Assembly (NCBI GenBank): GCA_037130655.1
Contig: JBAXSP010000001.1
Span: forward strand, 37,641-101,640
DNA: 64,000 nt
Direction: 5' to 3'
Origin: a bacterium
Lineage (GTDB): Bacteria; Patescibacteriota; Minisyncoccia; Phycocordibacterales; UBA9973
Part shown: positions 58,994 to 64,000 of the stretch, one piece after another
Layout of the letters: every line of letters starts with the position of its first letter
How positions within the stretch are numbered: position 1 is the stretch's first letter
Program-made: the position numbers and the translations under genes
Notes under the pieces: model-generated
What the model saw: the letters and a program-made list of their open reading frames with translations, nothing else
Told to the model about the DNA's origin: nothing
Database searches by the model: none

Positions 58994-59338
58994 TTATTCA
59001 CTATCACCAAAAATCTTTCCACCCAACCAGTTCACCACAGAGACAACGAGCGCACCCAAAATCGCAGCAGTGAATGTTGCAACAACAAACCCTGGAATGT
59101 ATTTTGAAAGCAACCAAAAGATTGCACCATTAATGACAATACCAAAAAGTCCGAGTGTGAGTAAATTGATTGGCAATGTCAGTAGATTGATAATTGGTTT
59201 GATTACGGTATTGATAACAAACAAACATGCACCAACAATGAACGCAACCCAAAATGGATTAACGGTGACACCTTTGATGATGTATGGGGTTACAAAAACC
59301 GCGATTGATAATAGAAGAAAGTGTTTTAAGATACGCAT
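58994..59338 (-). CDS. 4-TM 'phage holin family' (YvlD-like) membrane protein
   Basis: NTVIKPIINLLTLPINLLTLGLF..ING. Confidence 0.88.
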   Translation of the reverse strand: MRILKHFLLLSIAVFVTPYIIKGVTVNPFWVAFIVGACLFVINTVIKPIINLLTLPINLLTLGLFGIVINGAIFWLLSKYIPGFVVATFTAAILGALVVSVVNWLGGKIFGDSE

Positions 59339-59510
59339 AGCTAAAAAATTATACGAATAATGAATCGATGACTACTCTTATTATACATAAATATAATATT
59401 AATGCTTAAAATTTGAATGAAATTCAATGAAAAAATAAGTAATTTTGCGAGGCGTATATGACATACGGCGAACAAAAGACGAAATTTTTGAAGCAGAAGT
59501 TCGTCAAATT

Positions 59511-59966
59511 TTAAGCATTAAACAAACCGTCTATCACCTCCTTAACGGTACTGCCGTCTGCTTTACCTTTGAGCTCTACCATAACTTCTTTCATCAACAA
59601 TCCTTTTTTAGTTGGATCAATCTCGCCCAGCTTTGTCATAATAGCTTTGACCTGTTGTTCAACTTCTTCTTTACTCATCATTGTTGGTAAAAATACTTCG
59701 AGCACTTTCAATTGTGCTTCTTCTTCAACAACCAAATCCATTCGTCCTCCTTTGGTAAATTGTTCGATGGAATCTTTGCGTTGTTTTGCAAGACGAGTAA
59801 TTACTTTCAAACACTCTTCATCTGATAACTCTTCTTGTGGTTTTCTACCAGTTGCTACAAGTTCATTAGTAAAAGCAGATGACAACCCACGCATTACATC
59901 AAGACGGACTTGATCTTTTGCTTTCATTGCCTCCTTTATGTTGTTTTTTATATCTTCAAAAATCAT
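59511..59966 (-). CDS. GatB/YqeY domain protein
   Basis: IKEAMKAKD, KQRKDSIEQF..GGR.DL, GKADG; start set at MIFED. Confidence 0.92.
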   Translation of the reverse strand: MIFEDIKNNIKEAMKAKDQVRLDVMRGLSSAFTNELVATGRKPQEELSDEECLKVITRLAKQRKDSIEQFTKGGRMDLVVEEEAQLKVLEVFLPTMMSKEEVEQQVKAIMTKLGEIDPTKKGLLMKEVMVELKGKADGSTVKEVIDGLFNA

Positions 59967-59971
59967 ATAGA

Positions 59972-60006
59972 AAAGTATATCAGAATATAGATAAACAGAG
60001 TATAGA
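59972..60006. repeat. AGTAT 7/8-nt array (downstream arm of four-helix gene 3)
   Basis: AA AGTATATC AGAATAT AGATAAAC AGAGTAT AGA. Confidence 0.85.
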
Positions 60007-60363
60007 CTAGCGATTTCGCTCAATTAATTTATTTAACATTCTCATTATTTCTGATAATTTTTCATATAGTTCGATTTCCTCTTTTTTAGAAACATATTTT
60101 AATCTTTCAGCTATTTTTATTTGAGTATCTAGTTCAGCCAAAGACCCTAGTGACATAGTTAAAAAATGAGCGAAATCTTTTTGAGTATTACGACGACTTC
60201 CTTCAGCAATATTTGAAGGTACTGAAATTACAGCTCTTCGTATTTGAGATGTAAGTGCATAATCTTCATTCTTAGGAAATTTTTTAGTAATCTCGTAAAC
60301 AAATATGACAAAATCCATACTCTTTTGCCAAACAACCAATTTTTCATAATCATGCATCTGCAT
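60007..60363 (-). CDS. Four helix bundle protein (23S rRNA-IVP / Avd-like), paralog 3
   Basis: YEKLVVWQK, FPKNEDYALTSQIRRAVISVPSNIAEG, GSLAELDTQ. Confidence 0.93.
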   Translation of the reverse strand: MQMHDYEKLVVWQKSMDFVIFVYEITKKFPKNEDYALTSQIRRAVISVPSNIAEGSRRNTQKDFAHFLTMSLGSLAELDTQIKIAERLKYVSKKEEIELYEKLSEIMRMLNKLIERNR

Positions 60364-60380
60364 ATATACATATTGTATCC

Positions 60381-60415
60381 TCTATATTCTAAAATACTAT
60401 ACTCTGATATACTTT
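60381..60415. repeat. ATACT 7/8-nt array (upstream arm of four-helix gene 3)
   Basis: TC TATATTCT AAAATAC TATACTCT GATATACT TT. Confidence 0.85.
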
Positions 60416-60422
60416 GTTTTAT

Positions 60423-61136
60423 ATGAATCTTATCTTTTTGGACACCGAAACAACCGGCATCGGACCCGATGATTATCTCTGCCAATTGGCATATAAGCAT
60501 AATGACGAAGTTTTTTGCGAACTCTACAATCCTGGCAAGAAAATTCCTCCAGAAGCAAGTGCGGTGACACACATTTCAAATAAAATGATCGAGGGAAAAC
60601 CCTCTTTTCGAGAAAGTGCCGACTATCAAAGAATAAAAAGTTTGCTTGAAAATCCTGAGAATATTTTTGTTGCTCACAATGCAAAATTTGATCTGATGAT
60701 GATCAACAAAGAAGATATCATTCCCGCAAATGTGATCTGTACATTGCGTGTTGCTCGATATCTTGATCCGGAACACAAAATTCCACAGCACAAATTGCAA
60801 TTCTTGCGATATTATTTGGAAATTGAAATCGAAGCACAAGCCCACGACGCACTCGGTGACGTACTAGTACTCGAACAACTTTTCCCTCGTTTGTATAAAA
60901 AAATCGCCGAAGAAGTTGGCGAAGAAAAAGCGTTGGAAAAAATGATTGAGGTCTCATCGCGACCATCAATGATGTATTCATTCTCTTTTGGTAAGCATCT
61001 TGGCAGAACAGTAGCTGAAGTTGCACAGATTGATCGTGGTTATTTGGAATGGCTGCTCGCTTCAAAAGAAAAAGATGCACCAGACGATGAAGACTGGATT
61101 TACACCCTGCGTCACCATTTAGGAAAATTAGTATAA
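60423..61136 (+). CDS. DEDDh 3'-5' exonuclease (exonuclease X-like)
   Basis: FLDTETTG, VAHNAKFD, AHDALGD, C-terminal FGKH.G......D..YLEWL. Confidence 0.9.
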   Translation: MNLIFLDTETTGIGPDDYLCQLAYKHNDEVFCELYNPGKKIPPEASAVTHISNKMIEGKPSFRESADYQRIKSLLENPENIFVAHNAKFDLMMINKEDIIPANVICTLRVARYLDPEHKIPQHKLQFLRYYLEIEIEAQAHDALGDVLVLEQLFPRLYKKIAEEVGEEKALEKMIEVSSRPSMMYSFSFGKHLGRTVAEVAQIDRGYLEWLLASKEKDAPDDEDWIYTLRHHLGKLV

Positions 61137-61175
61137 AAAAATAAAAATCCTGTTTTCACAGGATTTTTTGGGAAT

Positions 61176-61772
61176 TTACTCTTCCCATAGAATGTTGTTT
61201 TCTTCTTCGCGAATATAGGCATTGCCTAGTTTTTTCTTTTGTTTCAGTGGAAGATTTTCTTTAACGGTAATAATATTACCTGGACTTTTTATAACCAAAA
61301 GGTTCTTTAAATCCATATTGATAATTTTATTAAATACACGCTTGGCTTTTGCCATCCTTTCTTCATCCTCTTTCTTTTGACTCTCCTCGCCTTTTGGATA
61401 TGTTTTCAATACACGAAGATTAAAATCAACAGCATACCAACTAATCCTTGTTTTAGTATAATCTGCAAACAGTGAATCTGTAAATAAAATTTTTGCAGTA
61501 TATGAATGACAAGGGACCTTAATTTCAACCTCTTCTTCATTATCATACTCAACAGAAAAATCATTATTATTTTCAACCGGAATAGTGACTTCCATCGCCC
61601 TCGGTACAAACACATAATCCTGTGGAGACTCACGTTTTACCACTGGTTTCTTTTCTATTTGAGAAGAATCCACTGTTGTTTGATTTTCAGGTTCCTTGTT
61701 TTCTGAATTACAAGAAAAAAGGGATATTGTCAGCACTGATGCTAGTACCAATAAGAATAGTATATTTTTCAT
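61176..61772 (-). CDS. Hypothetical lipoprotein
   Basis: Signal peptide ending in LFSC lipobox. Confidence 0.65.
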   Translation of the reverse strand: MKNILFLLVLASVLTISLFSCNSENKEPENQTTVDSSQIEKKPVVKRESPQDYVFVPRAMEVTIPVENNNDFSVEYDNEEEVEIKVPCHSYTAKILFTDSLFADYTKTRISWYAVDFNLRVLKTYPKGEESQKKEDEERMAKAKRVFNKIINMDLKNLLVIKSPGNIITVKENLPLKQKKKLGNAYIREEENNILWEE

Positions 61773-61862
61773 TTTTAATAACTTTTTACCGGTATCAATT
61801 TATCATATAAAACTTGTTTTGTCAACAAAAAAATCCCCCGCCATCATGGCAAGGGATACTAC

Positions 61863-62381
61863 TTAGTTTTCAGGGAGAATTTCTAAGAAAAGATATTCGT
61901 CGTTGTATTGTTGTTCAAAATTTGATTTGTACACAGTACCGATGGAATCACCTTCTTCAAAAATTACAATTGGAATGGTTAGATTTTCATAACCATCCTC
62001 CTCCAACATTGAAATCTCGTTCAACAAAACAATCTTTTGATTTTTAGGAAAAAGAACAATATTCAGATCTTCTAGTTGCCTGAATTCATCAATCGAAAAA
62101 AATAGTGAGTTTCTCCGCTTTGAAAAAACAAGTGCATCATTAGCAGGAATAAAATGTTCTTTTTTAATTTTCAAAAAATTACATTGATATGATTTACCGG
62201 GTATCAATTTGGGTTTTAATTGAGGAAAAATTGAATCTAATTTAATAAAAAGACCCAAAGATCTTCCTATGATACCAATTTGATTTCCTGGTATTTCAAT
62301 TTTTTGACTCAAAAACACTTCAAATCCTGAATGAATCAAGTCAACTGACTCAGGTATAAAAGATTTATCTTCTTTTATCAT
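61863..62381 (-). CDS. Hypothetical protein
   Basis: 172-aa AT-rich ORF with TTGACA promoter upstream. Confidence 0.55.
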   Translation of the reverse strand: MIKEDKSFIPESVDLIHSGFEVFLSQKIEIPGNQIGIIGRSLGLFIKLDSIFPQLKPKLIPGKSYQCNFLKIKKEHFIPANDALVFSKRRNSLFFSIDEFRQLEDLNIVLFPKNQKIVLLNEISMLEEDGYENLTIPIVIFEEGDSIGTVYKSNFEQQYNDEYLFLEILPEN

Positions 62382-62450
62382 TTTTTATATACAATAATTA
62401 TCCGATATATTTATAAACTAAATATATGAATTTGTCAATAAATTAGATAT

Positions 62451-63317
62451 TTATTTCAGGTAGGTATTTACAACTGTGTTGATTTGCTCTTCAGTAAACG
62501 TCGTTGCATTCTTATCAATCGGCAGATTTTTCCATGGAGATTTTACTTTGTAATCATATTCACCAAAAATAATTACCGGCGTGCCGTTTTTGGCTACAGA
62601 TTGTTTGTCAGACGAAAGCACCCATTGATCAGCCCAATTGTAAAAGAAGAGTGCATCTTCTTCACGCAAACGTACGCACGAATGACTGGCCGCATAACCC
62701 GGAAGTTCGTATTGGTGCATCGAAATTCCTTCGAGGTTTTGAAGGTTGAAATACCATGGCATTATCCATGTTGGATCAACAGTACTCGTAACTGACTTCC
62801 CTTTCCAATTCGTATGATACAACGCTGGCGGTGTCGGAGTAGATTTCTTGCCAGTACTAACTGGACCCCATCGAACAAGTACGCCGTTTTCATATACACC
62901 AAATGCTTGAATTTTTTGTGAGACTAAAATAATTTTTGGCACTACTTGCAGTGATTCCATCTTTTTTGGAAATGGTGAATACTCCATCCAATCAGTAAAA
63001 CTATCCGGAACAGTGATTGTCATTCCTTTGCGGATGAATTTTTTATCAATGCGATTGAGTCCGAGTACAGTGATGAGATTTTCTTTGCCGACAACTGCAG
63101 TCAGTTCAGCCAGCGGTTTATCAGTCGCCAAAACAAGCGAATGATAGGTGATATCTTTTGGGATTTCTGGAACAACAATCGGTGCAGGAGTTTCAACTAC
63201 TGATGAATTTGATTTTATCGTAGTTGGAGTATTTTTATAAAAAACAAAAAATCCACCGACAACAAGTGCGATGGCAGTAATTATTAAAATAGATTTCAAA
63301 TGTGATTTCATTTTCAC
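62451..63317 (-). CDS. L,D-transpeptidase family protein
   Basis: GPVSTG...TP, ISMHQY.LPGYAASHSCVRL. Confidence 0.92.
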   Translation of the reverse strand: MKMKSHLKSILIITAIALVVGGFFVFYKNTPTTIKSNSSVVETPAPIVVPEIPKDITYHSLVLATDKPLAELTAVVGKENLITVLGLNRIDKKFIRKGMTITVPDSFTDWMEYSPFPKKMESLQVVPKIILVSQKIQAFGVYENGVLVRWGPVSTGKKSTPTPPALYHTNWKGKSVTSTVDPTWIMPWYFNLQNLEGISMHQYELPGYAASHSCVRLREEDALFFYNWADQWVLSSDKQSVAKNGTPVIIFGEYDYKVKSPWKNLPIDKNATTFTEEQINTVVNTYLK

Positions 63318-63359
63318 TTACTATAATGGAATAGAAAAATAAAGACAAGAAAAAGCGGT

Positions 63360-63638
63360 TCATTTCTGAAACCGCTTAAAGCCTGATGGTCTTGTACCCA
63401 ATAAAGTAATTTTCTTTTGCACTGAAGATGATTGACTTAAATATTCCTTCTTAAAACCATCGTTAGACTGATTCTGTTTATTCGTATTTAAATAAAACCA
63501 TACAACTAGAAATAAAGGTACTCCGATGTACAGTAGCTCGAAAAAACTCTCTAAACGACGACCGCCTATTTCATCTTCTCTGTACCAACGATCATATTCT
63601 TCTAGCCTTCTTTTTTCCATTTCTTCTTCTTTTGTCAT
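63360..63638 (-). CDS. Small hypothetical single-TM protein
   Basis: Start set at MTKEEE; the longer ORF runs through its own promoter. Confidence 0.5.
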   Translation of the reverse strand: MTKEEEMEKRRLEEYDRWYREDEIGGRRLESFFELLYIGVPLFLVVWFYLNTNKQNQSNDGFKKEYLSQSSSVQKKITLLGTRPSGFKRFQK

Positions 63639-63807
63639 TTTTATATAAATTAATTTGGTTGCTTCAAATTCCGTAAAGAAACTGAAGTAACCAATTAATC
63701 TATAATTCAAAGAACTTTCTACTCCTACATAATAACATATTATATGTACATTTGTCAATAGTAAAAGACCCTTATAACAAAGGGTCTTTTACTATTGCTT
63801 TCTTATA

Positions 63808-63999
63808 TTATTTACTGAGATACTTCCCCATAAATTCCTCCTTGAATTCTATAAATCGATCTTCCAAAATCGCTTGGCGCATATCGGCAACGAGATGGTT
63901 GATGAAGTAGAGATTGTGAAGTGAGCCCAAAATTCCAGCTAGCATTTCTTTGCTGTGATACAAGTGAGAAATATATGCTCTCGTATATCCCGTGCGAGC
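63808..63999 (-). CDS. tgt: tRNA-guanine transglycosylase, 3' end (runs off window)
   Basis: Hand translation ARTGYTRAYISHLYHSKEMLAGILGSLHNLYFINHL...YLSK*. Confidence 0.88.
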   Translation of the reverse strand, partial: ARTGYTRAYISHLYHSKEMLAGILGSLHNLYFINHLVADMRQAILEDRFIEFKEEFMGKYLSK

Positions 64000-64000
64000 C

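Noticed and set aside
58994-59338. Prophage suggested by the 'phage holin' family gene
   Set aside because: This family is commonly chromosomal, and no other phage genes are nearby.
49861-60363. Diversity-generating retroelement suggested by Avd-like genes
   Set aside because: No reverse transcriptase and no TR/VR pair with adenine-specific mismatches seen in the window.
1304-60415. CRISPR interpretation of the repeat arrays
   Set aside because: Units are 7-8 nt and contiguous, with no spacers and no cas genes.
241-62795. Numerous 60-180 aa antisense or alternate-frame ORFs in the track, including those over tRNAs (6534, 16538, 17227, 46729)
   Set aside because: They overlap well-supported genes and have no recognisable motifs; shadow ORFs.

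Overview
AT-rich bacterial chromosome segment. The reduced gene set, scarcity of Shine-Dalgarno motifs and -10 boxes just before start codons suggest a Patescibacteria/CPR (Parcubacteria-like) genome; this is inference. It holds housekeeping genes (priA, rpsU, ybeY, ftsA, ftsZ, gmk, tsaD, valS, lepA, murJ, leuS, ychF, rlmB, rsmE, rseP, frr, mreB, gatB, obgE, 3' end of tgt), five tRNAs (Glu, Val, Phe, Arg, Asn) and many solitary ORFans with their own consensus promoters. Two unexplained systems stand out. (1) A family of ~155-205 nt structured elements lies directly behind three different tRNA genes; they share a covarying core and each carries inverted (and, in two cases, direct) copies of its own host tRNA 3' end. 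(2) Three four-helix-bundle (23S rRNA-IVP/Avd-like) genes are each bracketed by inverted arrays of 7-8 nt tandem repeats from a paralog-specific family; the same or related arrays recur without the gene, right after housekeeping stop codons. No CRISPR, rRNA, transposase, integrase or reverse transcriptase was recognised.
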